Source of the DNA: Moniliella sp. 'wahieum'
Taxonomy: Eukaryota
Reading direction: 5' to 3'
DNA length: 64,000 bases
Assembly: GCA_003971905.1 (NCBI GenBank)
Contig: RSEE01000061.1
Location: forward strand, 124,001-188,000
Part shown: positions 10,965 to 24,171 of the stretch, in pieces
Numbering within the stretch: the stretch's first letter is position 1
How the letters are laid out: each line of letters opens with the position of its first letter
Made by a program: the position numbers and the translations under genes
Notes under the pieces: model-generated
What the model was told of the DNA's origin: nothing
The model's input: the letters and a program-made list of their open reading frames with translations, nothing else
Databases searched by the model: none

Positions 10965-13414
10965 TCACCTCGACCTCCTGTATACACCCACCAGGTCTAT
11001 ACTAAAAGCCTGGGCGGGGTCTGTGCTGGGAGCCCCTACAACACGCACCCAGACCGACTGAGTGTTTTGACAACCTGCAGGCCATCTCCAGCTTACTTCC
11101 GTTCGGTTAGGGCCCTGCTGAGCGGGAGGTACGGCATCGCTTTGGGAATACGGAGGCATTCCTCCCGCGCATCGGCGGATCGCCCCTGGAATTGGAGGGA
11201 GATAAGCGAGTCAATGTTGGCGAGCACAGTCGTGATCTGGTCATGGTGCTGCCCCTCAAATGGAAGGAGGCTTAGCCAAGGCCAGATGTTTTCGACAAGC
11301 AAGATGACTTGGATTCCATGGGAACTTGAAATGCGACTGCACAGTAGCCAACTTCAAGGCATCGACCCACGAGCCCACCTGCTCCAACGCAATGAGCGCC
11401 AGGGCGTGCACGTCCTCCTCCGCTGCCCCCGCTTGGAGCAGGCCCTTCATCAGCAGGGCAAGATGCGGGTTGGACTTCTCGTCCCAAGGATTCCATCCCC
11501 TAGGCGGCGTGTCCTCGTTCTCGTTCGGTACATGGCCCGAGATGAGATTGGCCAGGGGACCAAGATGGCCTCCCGAATCAGACCTGCACCAATTCTTCGT
11601 CCCCCCCGATATTCTGGTCTGAAAACCCGCTGGGCCAGGCGCGGGAGGCGTACGCCCGTGCCTGCTGCAGCCAAGGCAGGGAAATCAATTTCTGCACCGA
11701 GGGCAGCTCAGGGGATTCCATTAGCAAGGCCAGCACTTCCGATCGAGCCAGAAGGACCATGCTTGGGCCAACGAAAGTCCGCCCCAGGCAGCCGTGTACT
11801 CCTCTGGGTACCGTTCCCGCCAGGCGGGAAGCGACCAACCAACGATTGCATTCCTTTGTCGTCCGGCGAGCTGGGCTTGGGAGGCAGGCAGGCAGGCGCG
11901 GGCCGAACGAAACTCAAGGGAGTCCAGTCCGACCAAATTGCTTCCAGCGCTTTGAAAGATACTTGTAATCGGGGTAAGAGTCGTTCGGTAGGTATGCCAA
12001 TCAAAAAACATGGGGCCAGACCGGCCGGCCAGCAGCTGCAGTGTACATATCGAACAAACTGGCCTGGGCTTCCCGCTGCCTCGACCCGTTGCCGAGAGCG
12101 ATGTTCACAATTTCCCGCTCAAGTTCGAGCAAGGAAGGGAACTTGGCTGCTAGGAAACTGTCCAAGTCCTTGACAAACGTATTAAGTTCAGAGAACCAGG
12201 CACTCTTCTTCGCCGCTGCTTCGACCGCCACGCGATTCGCCTCTTGCTCTTCCTTCAGCTCCTCGGACAGTTGTTGGGAATCATGGATGAGGTTTTGCCG
12301 GTGTGAAACGCTTGTCTTCACTTCATCCAGTTTGGCCCGGAGGGCTGTATGCGGGGTGGAAAGTGCCGGCACAGGCCGCTCCTCGGGCAAGGGCGCAGGT
12401 ACATACTCGTCCGGTTTGGATTGGGCACGCTTGGGCATGGGAACGGAATCCTGAAACTTGGCCAATTGAGCAGCCTCCCATGCCAATTCCTCCTCATTAT
12501 CCCCCTCATTGTCTCCACCCTCTGCCCCACTGACACTGGGACCGAGATGAACATTCTCCAAGGCCTGGGATATTTTTTTGCGTTCCTCCTCGGCGTTGTG
12601 CCGTCGGGCCTGTCGACTCAACCCCAACGCTTGTTCGTCCGCCACAAATGTATCATACTCATCCGAATCGGATCCCGTTCGCGCACCAGACGGCTGCCTT
12701 CCGCCCCTGAGCCAAGAGACGAAGTCGTCCCCTTCCCCAACCGCGTTTCCTCGACTCAGCGCTTGTGCTCGCTGTTGCTTGGCCGCCTCGACCGCCCGGT
12801 CCGAGGGGATAACCGTTTGTGCCTGGGGTTCCCCATGCTTGGCAACATCATCGTGTGGGGTGCCCGTATCGCTCTGGTGCAAAGAAGGAGTAGAGGCCTT
12901 CAAATTGGCCAGGTAGGCGCTCGTGTACTGGACTCCCCCCTCCTTGGGCGCGTCGCCTGAGGCCTCTGGTGTCACATCCGGCGTGGTCACCGACACACCC
13001 GCTGTCCGATCCCGCACAGCTTGAGAGAGCTTGGACCTGCGCAACTGGAACGTATCCCCTTCCTCCTGCACAAAAACAGAGTCAGTTCTTATTTCCGCCA
13101 TCAAAGAGGGTACGCACCTCCTCCAGCGACGCATGATTCAACAGCGCGTGTAGCATGGGCCGCCTCCTGGAGGCTAGGCTTGGAGGTGGCGTCGTGGGAA
13201 GCAGCAAGCACGCGCTCCTTGCGCGAGCTCCCTGTTGCGCCGTGCTTGCCGCCGCGCCGGACCACGGCCGGTCCTGCAGCGGCTTCATCCTCGTCCGACT
13301 CGGGAGGAGCGGTCTTGGGCTCCCCTGCGCCAGCTCCGAGGCTGGCGGGGCAGCAGCCCCTGATGCGGAGCCAGGGCCGCCGCGGCGCTTTTTCTTGAAC
13401 AGAACCGATGACAT
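10965..13414 (-). CDS. GCFC/PAXBP1-Ntr2-type spliceosome disassembly factor, frameshifted
   Basis: Starts MSSVLFKKK; FQLRRSKLS, YTSAYLANLKASTP, IPSDRAVEAAKQQR, EEELAWEAAQLAK, KSAWFSELNTFVKDLDSFLAAKFPSLLELE; helical C-terminal fragments (11093..11450). The 3' end is approximate. Confidence 0.75.
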
Positions 13415-14910
13415 GAGGAGGTGGTGGAGTGTGTTCGGAGGCGAGGCAAGTGTTGTCGGCCTTTTATGGCATTCACTGTTCATACGTTCATCGATGGTGG
13501 TCCTCTGTAGTACCTGCAGCGTTTTTCATCGTCCAGGACGTTCAGGCTCGCATTCGCCCCACCTCAGGCTTTGCTGGTTGAACGTTGAACGTTGAGTACT
13601 CCGACTGAGCGCCACACCAGTGTCCGCACCATCATGCATGCAACATGAGATCACACACCACCTTCGACGCTGTTCTGGAATGCTAGGGTTTCAGCGCACG
13701 GCCCTCAGGTGATCGGTGAGCGGTGGCAGCTGGGCAGAAGAGGTCTGCTCGCATCCCCCTGCTTGCCCATCTCGCTCTTCTGTATCTTCCCTCCAGGCAT
13801 TGCTTGAAGACTTGTGGCCCACCACTTACCTTCACGACTTGTCTGAAGACTGCTTTACAGCTGTTCCCGTAGGATAGATCCCCGAGTGCTTCCAACTGAA
13901 GTCGCACTTATAGCACAGCTATGCTCTACCTCTATACGGTAACCACATATCATTGACCGAACTTAAGGCTGGGACAAGAAACGCTCCGCCTAAACAGACC
14001 CGTTCATCCGGTATGCGTTGTTTGTTAGCGCTAACCCCGTTTAAGAAATCAGGGGAATCGCCAGGAAATCAGGACCCTTCTATACAGGGCGCGCCCCCCC
14101 CTCTCTGCCAACTTGACCGTTGATCTGGCAGTTAGTGCATCCATATTGCCTGGACCATTGCAATTGTGTACGCAAGTCTTAACCCGGCGCGCTCAACTTG
14201 GTCGGGGATGTGCACCTCCCTCCCTCCATGCACATAACCTTGATCAAACAGCGTTGGCGGTGGATTGGGGATGCAAGCAAACAAGATGTATGTCTTGCTC
14301 CCTTCGATCTATTCCTTCAAAGCCAAGAGCAAGAGGCACCTTTATCGCCCTCGGCGGTACTAACATTCGCATCATGCAATGGCCGTCTGTGGGAGTCTCA
14401 ATCGGTTTGACCGTATTGTACTGGCTGGCTCTTGCTCCATTTCCAATAATCCTTTCTGATCCGGGCAGGCAAAAGGTTAATGAGTCTCTACTGTTGTCAC
14501 TTTCCACTACGACACTACCACCATGACTGCGTTACCGACGGGCTGGTATGGTTCTGAACGCTCTTTTCACCTTGTCTGTCGAACGACAAGGCATTGCTCC
14601 TCACAACAGGAATTACCAACATGGTATGCTTTCCCTTGAAAGGTATCAATCGTACTGAGAGGGAAAAGCACTTTATAGTCGAGAACTATAAAGTGTGATA
14701 CTAGTAATGACGATCATGCATCCGACAATCGGGGGGAGAAAGTTTATACCCCCCTAGCATCTGGCCAAGACGGTGACGATCGTCAACATCACTTAGTGGG
14801 AAGACTGCCACTTTTGACCCATGCCATACCCAGTGTGCTGAGGATGGCAAGACGCCCCCTTTGACAGGAGCAGGGCAACCTACGGGAGTGTAGAGGACTA
14901 CTAGTTACTC

Positions 14911-14940
14911 TTTGCTTTGCTTTGCTTTGTTTTGCTTTGC
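14911..14940. repeat. (TTTGC)n microsatellite, about 6 copies
   Basis: ttgctttgctttgctttgttttgctttgc. Confidence 0.8.
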
Positions 14941-15085
14941 AGCTGGTATTGAACACATAAATGCCTTTCATTGGAAGCGTAGTGGCTTTGAGGCATAAGA
15001 TCTAGAAGGAACATGCATCATGGGTATGATCCGAAACGTAGTGGCAGAGGCTCAGAGGCGAGGCGTGGCAGGGTATCACTCCAGC

Positions 15086-18000
15086 TTAGCTCGAACTATC
15101 AGGGTCTCGCTTGCGCTGGGCCACAGAGGTAAATCGGCGCTGGGGAAGGGCGCGAGCGGTACCCAAGACAGGGTGCGACGGCATGCGCGGCAGACCCGAG
15201 ACGTGGGAGGCAAACAAACGTGAGGAAGCTAAAATGGGCCGGCGAGAAGGGTCGGGAGACGAGGACCCAGTCCCGGGCCGATCACTGGGTTTAAACGCTC
15301 CACCATCCGAATGGGGACGATCCCATATTAGACGAGTGGGGGGAGCCCAAACGAGAGGGGGGTTGACCATCAGCCCGCCCCCCGCGTAAAGCAGAACCAG
15401 TCGGGTGAATGGGCATGCTCCGTCGGGCGCGTTTCCATCTGACGAGCGAGCAGTAGGCGACCCCGCGGTGGCACGGCGAGCCCCCACACCATTTATCAAA
15501 GACACCTTGCTCGTCTTAGGGACAGGTAGAGAGGATCGTGCTTGGGCTGGCGTGTGTGACGAGGGGCGACGCGCAGGTGGAGCCGCGGCGCTCTCGGATA
15601 CCTCCCTCTCGGTGCTAAGGGTGGGGGAATATTCAGACCCGGAGCGTGCACGGGCATGTTGCGTGGACAGCTGAACCGAAGCTCATCACCTCCTCACGGC
15701 GAGTCGTCAAGTCGGCGCTGGCACCGTGGCGGGAACGCGCATGAGGTGATGGTTGGACGGGAAGCGTGCGGAGCACTCGCCTCCCATGGACGCCGGATCC
15801 AATCGCCGGGCTCGACTTGGACGAGGGCAGGCCACTGAGGGGTCGTTCTTCCCTCGTCGGAGAGACAGGGAGACGGGGACTTGGAAGGGGGCGGGGCGAG
15901 GCAATGGGGTTGTGATCACCCGGTGCGCGGGAGATAGAGGCAATGCGGGTAACAAGGGCGAAGGAGGAGAGCGCGTTCCCTCCCTTCTCTTTCGGTTTAC
16001 GTTATTGATGGAGAGTTGGGTTGGTCGCCGAGTACCAAGGGGTGGGACAATGGACTGGCGTGGGGAGGCAAGAGAGCTAGTAGCAAACCTCGACTGGCTT
16101 GACACCCTCGGACGGAAGTCGCCGATCTCCGATGAGGCCTGCCTGGTATGGTTGCGCGGAAACATCTCGGCTCCATCGTCTTGAGGCGGGAGGGGCGAAG
16201 ATTCGGGCGACTGAGCACGGAGGATCTCGGTTGCTAAGCCTTTGACGATGACTGCCCCTTCGTCCGTACTGACCTCAGAGCTCGTAGAGTGGATAACAAG
16301 TTGGTCTTGTGGAGGACATATCGCCCCTGGGGGTGAGCTTCGACCATGGCCCGCACCAAGCGAAGAAGGTTGAGTCGGGTATCGTTCTTTCGTTGTGTGT
16401 TGCATTAGATTTCTCGTGTAAGCCGGACTCGATACAGCGGATCACGCTGTCATAAGAAACCAGGGCCGCGATGACTTTGGGTGCCAGTCGAGTGAGGCGG
16501 AGGAAAGGAGAGAGCAAGTCAGACGAGGCCCCGGTCGAGGCGCATCCACACCCGATTGGATGTACTGGGCCAAACGTTCAAGGTTGGCGGGTTTGAGGAG
16601 AACATGCTCGATTCGTGCAAAGTCAGCCTGAAGCCAAGCACAGATCGAGGTCATGGCCTGAGCTTGAGAATGGTAGTCAGACGTTTGGCTTACGCCTTTG
16701 GCCAGAGGAATGTCGCTTTGTTGCCGGGCCCAGTAATCCGTCGAAATCATTTCCAGGTACTGCTCCAATGCTTTGGGCCACAATTTTTGCCGCGTTGCAT
16801 TCCCAGCTTGCGCCATATCGCACAACATTGACACAGCAAACGGTTTGACCACACTCTGACGACTAGAGAGTGAGTTGGCCACATTTAGTAGCACGGGTAC
16901 CACCCCCGCCTCTGCCGCTTCTTCCAAGGGGGCATCTCGGGACTCCCTTTGCCCCAGGGGAGGGAGGCGGCACAAATAGTATAAAGCCGTGATGATTTCG
17001 TCGGCGGCACGGTGATCCTCGTCGCTCAAGTGACGAATTAAGAGATGGGTCAGGATCTCGACAGCATTTCCATTCTTGCGCAGACCATCTGCACACTCAG
17101 GTGTCATACTCAAGTTCTTGACACATTGGAGAGCTGTGTACAGTAAATCGGGTTCGGATGAAAGATGATCCGAATCAATCACTCGAAGTAGACGACGGGG
17201 GACAGATCCCTTGGCCAACTGGACTCGCACCTGGGTATCCGAACGAGAGAGGATATTAAGCGTTTTAAAGATATGCTTCCTAGCCGAGCTGGCCTCTGGT
17301 GAGACTGCATCACTCGTCACATTCTGCATCGCGATCGAAAGGGGGTCGAGTACCGCTTGCCGGACGAGCAAGTTGCAGAAAGTACTTTTGCGGCCCTGAA
17401 ATGAGGTCAGACAATGTGGGCTGTGAGAGAATAAGCAGAACGGGAAGAAGGTTACATACGGGGAGGCCAAGAACGCTGTGCACGCACGCTGCACCAAACC
17501 AAACCAGTTCCTTTCCTTCATCGGAGTAGTTTTCTGCCAGCATATCAGCGATGGCCTTGAGCCCACCACATGATAAGATGGTCCGAGGGGCAAAGAAGCT
17601 AGCCCGGGCGTTCGGGAATCGGATCTGCTCTCCCTTCGACAGACACATGGTAGTGAACAAGCGGCCAGCCTCGAGGCGAAGGGAATAGTCGCAATGCGAT
17701 TCAGTGAATGGTTTGATGGCGGGGATAGTCCCAATAACGCAGAGGACTTCCTGGGCCTCGACATCATTCGACGCCAAAACATTAAGCACCCGCAGCACCG
17801 CCAAGGGGAGAATCTCCTTTTCAATCAACTCGAGCAGGGAGAAGGCCCCCTGGGCCGAGAAGAATGTGTGTTTTTGCCTTGCGTCTTCCTGAAATAGCTC
17901 CTGAAGGCGGAAGAGGCTGTCCTCCAATGCGTCAAGCGAGGGGAATACGTTGATGTCTTCCACCAATTGAATGACTTCCTCCCTTCGTCGCTCCGCCTCC

Positions 18001-19498
18001 TCCCGTGCCCTACTCCAGGCTTCCATCTCCTCTGCATCTTCCTCGTCTTCAAGGAGGCGGCGCTCGAGGTCATCTATGCCTTCTTCCGAGCCTGTGTCCC
18101 CCGAGTCAGAGAGAGGATCTGAAAGTTCAGCCGTGTCAGGACGGTGGAGGGAAAGCCGGCGCGAATCCAGCATGTCGATGCCTTGGTCCCATGGCTCCTC
18201 AGTAGATACCGAACATGTTTTACTTGGTGCCCCACGGCTGGCCGCAGCCGCACTGATCGATCCCACTGATGGACGGCCACGTGCTTCCGTTTCTGAGACC
18301 AGCACCACATTGGGGTTGAACGTTTGCGGATGATCGAGGCGTACAAGGTCCGAAACTTCCAAACCAAATTCATCCCCCTCATCCCAGTTTTCCTCCTCCT
18401 CTGATCGGGGAGGTGATGCGGGCATTGCGGGTGAGCTGGATGGGGTAGCCGATTCCTCGTAGAACCCCTTCGGCTGGCCATCCTTCGAGTTGAGGATCCA
18501 CCGGTGGCGACCAAGCATGTCGGCATCATGTCGCAAGGCCTGATCGGTTTGGAAACAGACCCGCAAAAAGTCACGTCCCAGCTCAGTAATTTCAGGAGGA
18601 AAGGCAGGGTGCTGGCCATTGAGCGCACGATAGGAGGCGTTGATATCCGTCAAGAGGTGCCATGGGTGTTGGCCGTGTTGCATCAACTCAATCACCACAC
18701 ATCCTACACTCCAAATGTCCGATTTGGGAGTCGGCTTGGACATGAGTGCCTCGGGTGCCATCCAGTACGGCGTCCCCTGGACCTTGTCCCCCTGGACTGC
18801 TGCAACAGCCGTCGCAATACCAAAGTCGGCGAGTTTGACGCGGGCATTCTTAACCAGCAGAATATTGTCCCCTTGATGTCGCGGTGGATCACACCCTGGT
18901 GGTGAAGGTAGGAGAGGCCATCGAGAACCTGCCCCATAAACTTGGCAATCAAGCGCTCGCGATTATCCAACCCTGGTTGCTTGAACCAACGGTGCAGCGA
19001 ACCGATCTCACAATACTCAAGTACAATGTAGAGCGACTCATGCTGCTCTTGTGGGTCGCGCTGCTCAAACGCATCGAAGTATTTAACAATGTTTTCGTGT
19101 TGAAGAGGCTTCATAATGCGAATCTCGTCTCTAGCTTGACGCATCCCATCCTCCCGTTCCTCGGGCGTCGAGGTGTAGCCCACCGAATTAATCTTCTTGA
19201 TCGCCACGGCTTCCCCTGTTTTGAGGTTGAATCCCTTCCACACCGTCCCGAATGCACCTGATCCTAGGCGGGTCTCGAGCGAATATTGGCGAACGACCAC
19301 AGGTTGCTCTTTGGGGCGCCCGGAGCGTACTTGCGAAAGGTCTGCAACAGGGCGGGAAGGGAAGGGCGTCTGTCTCGGCCCAAGTTCGGATGCAGGTCGC
19401 TGCGCTGCACTGGTGGTGGGTGCAGCAGTGGGAATTGCACGGCGTATACGGGGTACGACGCGCGACGAAACGGTTCGGTCGCCATCCTGAATGTCCAT
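15086..19498 (-). CDS. cdc15: STE-group Ser/Thr kinase of the Cdc15/Cdc7(S. pombe)/SepH septation type, frameshifted
   Basis: Kinase motifs LGSGAFGTVWKG, VAIKKI, LEYCEIGSL, HRDIKG, (D)FG, GTPYWMAPE, SDIWSVGC. Followed by an ARM-like region (QEVLCVIGTIP, ILSCGGL, ALQCVKNLSM, EEAAEAGVVP) and a Ser/Pro-rich tail. The 3' end is uncertain. Confidence 0.8.
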
Positions 19499-21146
19499 AT
19501 CAGGATCGGAAGCTCCGGGCGGGACTTGGTCCAGACGTAAGGGGGCAGCGAGGAGGGTGGGCGCGCCTTGCTCCGACTCGTCAAGGTCAGAGGGGTAGGC
19601 GTCGGAAAGGGAGCGGGTGAAGCGGCGGTGGAGCGGCGCAGCTGGGTCGGGCGTGCTGGAGGGCGCTGTGGTGGGCGGGGGAGAGGGGCATGGACATGGG
19701 CATGGGCATGTGCACTGCGCATGTGGTGGTGGCCGCCAGTCCAGCCGCGGTGGCTCCGACGGGCGGCGCTTGCTTGGCTTGCTGGCCGCCTACTGCCTCT
19801 TCAGGCTTCAAGCTCTTGAAGCGTGATGCACATGGTGTGTGACATGCGATGTGTGATGCGCGCCACAAAAATCCTTGGATCATCGATCAAGTCACTCTGT
19901 ACCCCATGGGCACTTACCTCAGCGCCCCACAACCAAGGCCAACGTCCAACCCAGCCAACGTCCAACCCAGGCCGCCCAACCCCAAGCCGCCTCGCTTCGC
20001 CCCTTGAAGAGGAAGGGACAGAGGGGGGGGGAAGCATGCCTCATCTGCATCCTTGTTCTGTGCTGAGCCGATAGAGATGAAAGCAGTACCCGTCCCAGTG
20101 AAGGCGCGGCAGGTGGTCCGCCACTCACTGTGTATCATAATTAGGTGCCAAGCCCATGAATCATGTGTGTGTATCAGGATGGCCATAGCCCCGCCCTTTG
20201 GGACAGGCGTTTACTTCGTCTAAACTGGCCTCGATGCAAACTGCAACCGCAATGGCCACCAATCGATGTGACGCGGCTAGTGCTGAAGATTCAATTGCTG
20301 CCGTTGAGCGTGTGGGGCGTTGCCGACTCGTCCTATTTGGCATATGGTGTGACAGGGGGGGGCGCGTCGCACTTCGTTTCCTTCACACTGCGGCCCCCGC
20401 CCACCACACAGCGGGGGTGCCGGCTCCACGCATACTAATCACGTCCAAGCTGACTCCGCAATACAGCAACTGGGAAATTGGAGCAAAATCTTGTCCCACG
20501 TCGATGCACTCCTCGGCCTTACGATTGAGGTGGTGTTGCTGGGCTTGAGAAGGGCCTCGAAAGACTATGGTTAGAAGGATTAGGAAGAGGGTTTTTAGCG
20601 GCACAAAACGTACTTCTCAGTGACCACACAGCTGGTGTACGAGACATGCACGCTCTCGTTTATTAGAAGACGTCGCACCCTTCCCGGGTCACAGCGAGGG
20701 AGCGTGCAGACCGCTAGGATGTGGACAGAGAGACGGACCACGTGAGGCGCGTGAGGTGAGGGTGTCGAAGTGTTGGTTGCGTTGTGGCTCTGTCAAGTTA
20801 CCTCGAACGTGCATGTTGAACTTCAACTTTCAAGTTGATGCGCTTTGCAATTTGAATGGCCGATCTCTCAGAGCGGAACTGAGACGTGTACGTAATCCAG
20901 GTGCTGGCAGCGATCATGAAAATCATCGAAATCATCGCCCATGGGTTCATCAACCATCAATTCCCGGATCATGCATCAGGGGCGCGGCGTGAGGCTTGGG
21001 CTCGCTTGGGGCGGCAGGCAAGGCGGGGCACAGTGCATCCATTTCCCCCATCCTGGTTTTCACTTCCAGCCTCCTGCTCTGGCATCCAGACACCCGACGA
21101 CCACACCCACCCCCTCCACCCCGCCCTTCTTACCCTGGCCACCGTC

Positions 21147-21664
21147 ATGCACGACATCATCCGCAGGGCGACTGTGTGTGCTGCGCTTCTTGTTGCGCTC
21201 TTGGCCGCCCTCCTGCCCCTCGTGGCAGGACAGACGACCAACCCAGCTGCCACGCCCAACAACAGCTATGGTGGTGCTCCCTTCGTCCCACCCGTGACCT
21301 GGACCCCCGTCACAACATACAGCAGTGCAATCGGCGCCGTTCCCACCGCCTTGACCGGCGTCGGTCCCTCGCTCCAGCCAGGCCCAGCGAGTTTCAGCTA
21401 CGACATTCCCGTCGCCACAGTGCTCGGGCTGGTCCCCACGGCAGCCTACGCATCCCTAGCTTCTGCCGGTATGCCTACCAATGCTCTTGGGCCCATCCAG
21501 CCTGGATACGACCCGAATCGGATGGTGCGTCTCCCCCCCCCCACCCCTTTCTTGTCCTGGGCTAACCTGATGAGTAGCTCGTCAACCCAAACGCTGGCGC
21601 GCGCGCGCGGGTACCACTCGCCTCCCTTACTTTGGTGGTGGGCACGGCCCTGTTCTTGTGGTGA
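21147..21664 (+). CDS. Small secreted Pro/Thr/Ala-rich protein with C-terminal hydrophobic (GPI-like) signal; 2 exons
   Basis: ATG 21147 MHDIIRRATVCAALLVALLAALLPLVAG (signal peptide). Intron 21525-21577 (GTGCGT..GCTAAC..TAG) splices in frame to LVNPNAGARARVPLASLTLVVGTALFLW*. Confidence 0.75.
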
Positions 21665-21971
21665 AGAAGACGACCATACTCCCACTTACCTGGGTCCTTC
21701 ACAGGACTCCACCCTGGCGCATACGTTGTCTTTTCAGTCTGCTCGTATACTGGAGCTTTGACATACCTCTTCTTATCTTCGTTCCCTCTTGGTTCCAACG
21801 CATTTGCTCTACGTTCCCTACCCACTTTGTTTTTTTTTCTGCCTTGAAATGTGTAACGATTGTTGCGTGAGCTGGGGAGATGATGCATTCGATGCAAGTT
21901 GTGCGGTTGGACGAGGCGGTCACGCTGAATGGAGCGAAGAACCAGCACGTAGTTAGGGCGTTGCAGGGATT

Positions 21972-21984
21972 AAAAAAATAAAAA
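21972..21984 (-). terminator. Pol III oligo-T terminator of the tRNA
   Basis: TTTTTATTTTTTT on the minus strand, about 20 nt after the tRNA 3' end. Confidence 0.7.
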
Positions 21985-22005
21985 GGAAGGGACGCCTTGT
22001 CGGGT

Positions 22006-22086
22006 CGAACGACGCAGGGGTCGAACCTGCAACCTCCTGATTACAAAGATTCGTAGTCAGACGCGCTACCATTGCGCCAGCCGTCC
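22006..22086 (-). tRNA. tRNA-Arg(ACG) with a 9-nt intron at 37/38
   Basis: Minus strand folds as GGACGGC acceptor, D arm GCGC-AATGGTA-GCGC, anticodon stem TCTGA/TCAGG with loop CT-ACG-A[ATCTTTGTA]A, T arm GCAGG-TTCGACC-CCTGC, then GTCGTTC-G. Confidence 0.93.
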
Positions 22087-22304
22087 TTCGATAGCTAACG
22101 AACGACCATATCAGTTGTGGTTCCAATAGTATGTAGCCTTTGAGTGAGTAAGGGTAACAGCCTCGCTCCCTCTCCACCCCTCTAGAGTCGCCTCGATTCA
22201 CCTGAACTATTGCCCCAATTCCCAAGCCCAACCCACAAGGACGTTCTGACCATGGCCAATGAATGAATTGGCGTACCATCGCTGATTTTGCACAAAAAGC
22301 GTTT

Positions 22305-24171
22305 TTAGGCTAGCAGCAAAGACTCGAAACGGGTCTCAGTCTTGATGGCCTCGATGGCTTGTTGCACCTCGAGTCGGGACCGGGCAGCAGCGAGCCAGTC
22401 TTGTGCGATCAGAGCAGGCCAGCCCTCGAGCCCGGTAAGCGCAGCAGTGGCGGTCGCGAGCTGGTTGTGCTCGAGAGCGTTGCGGGCAATGGCAACGGCG
22501 GCAGCAGTCTTGTTGTTACGCGTGAACGCAGCGTTGTACGACAGCAGTGGTCCAAGCACCGCCGATGTAGCATGCGCAATCGGCCCGGCCTCGGGTGGCA
22601 CCAAGGAGGCACTGAGCAACGCTGGCGCAACGCGGTCAACAAACCACACGTTCAGGTAGGGCGCCGAGGCTACACCAGTGTCCGGGGCCGATTGACCATC
22701 AAGCCAGTCTAGCAGTGAAGCAGGGCGCATCCGTCTTGTGTGCCTCTCCATTGGTCTTTCCCACCGACAACACGGCCCCCTTGAGAGCGCGCAGCTCCTC
22801 GCGGAACGGCTGAGGGGAAGCAGCGGCTGATTCGCCAGGAGCGAGGGTGGCATGCTCCAAAGCGCTTGTTGCGTTTTGCAGTTGACGCAGGCGCGCTGCA
22901 TCGTCCCGCCTTTGGCCTCAGCAGCCGTGGCATCCTGCAGGCTCGAGACTTGCTTGGCCAACTGGTCAAGGCGAGCGAGACGTCCACCACGCTCTTGCTC
23001 GACCCGTTGGCCGATCTCATCGATCCACCGCTTCTGAAGCGCCACACCCTGGGCGACCACCTCGTTGTAGAGGCGCTCGTGGATCAGCGCTGCTTGGCTC
23101 GTCAGTTCCGCATTGAGCTTTTTCTCTGCCTCGGACTGCAGAGCCTTGGACTGGGCCTGGAGACGCGTCTCCCATGCTGTATCGCTCTCTCCGGCCTGGC
23201 GGACAGCCTTGTCATGCTGCATCTTGAGTTGCGCCTCGTACTTAGACTGGAGATTCTTGAGCTCCTTGTCCAGCCGGGCTTGCTCCGCCGCCTTGATCTC
23301 ATCCACACGGGCCGTGAGCTTCTGCAGGTCGGCTTGAGCCTCGCGCAGCGCACCCGCTGCGCGGGTGCTACCCGCTTCCCCGGCTGGGTGGCAGCTACAA
23401 CCGCAGCAAGCTCGTCAATCGTCTTAGCCAACTCGCGGATGATTGGCTCGGCCGGGCCCGAAGTCACACTGCCTGCCAGGGACGGAAGCTTGATCCCTCC
23501 TGGCGGGGGGCGAAGTGTGCCAGCCGGAGCCTCCTCAGGATTGAGACGACGATCACTGGGGCCAGGAGAGTGAGAAACCAAACCAACAGGCTTATCCTTC
23601 TTCTCGGGCTTATCTACTCCCAACTGCGCCTTGGCTTCGGCGGCCGCCTCCTGGGCCTTGGTCGCGAGCGCCTCCACCTTGGAGGGTGCAGGCTCCTCCT
23701 TAGGTGCCGGGGGAGGGGGCGGCTCGACGCGCAGGTCACCCTTGGCAACATCCTGCTTGGGCACCGCAGGACCCTTGACCTTGGCAGGAGCGATTACGAC
23801 GGCATCCTTGTCATCCTCAGCATGCTCGCCAGTGAGATATGCATACACGTCCTTGCCTTTGTTGTAGATGGACTGGGCGCCATCGGCGACGGCCCGTGCG
23901 GCTGCCACAGCATCATCAATGTTGTGGGTCTCGAAAAAGTCCAGGGTGCGTCCGCCATAAGGTACATTCTCCGCAAAGAAGTCAGCGTAGCGCTCGCTTT
24001 GCCCACTAGCCACGACCGACAGCCGTAAAACCCAGCGACAGCGGTCAGGGAGTAGAATACGACCCGGCGACCCGTCCTGCGCGGTTTGGGAGCACCAGGT
24101 GAGGAGTATGCGCGCACACCGGCACGCAAGGCAGGCGCAGCACCGCGCGCGCGCAACAGGGCAGCACTCAT
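22305..24171 (-). CDS. MIC60: MICOS subunit Mic60 (mitofilin/Fcj1), frameshifted
   Basis: Arg-rich presequence MSAALLRARG..VRAYS, TM segment, YADFFAENVPYG, coiled coil, LQKRWIDEIGQRVEQERGGRLARLDQL, and mitofilin C-terminus LTGLEGWPALIAQDWLAAARSRLEVQQA. Confidence 0.88.

Noticed and set aside
10956..12173. 405-aa + strand ORF
   Set aside because: Antisense to the GCFC/Ntr2-type gene; no motifs.
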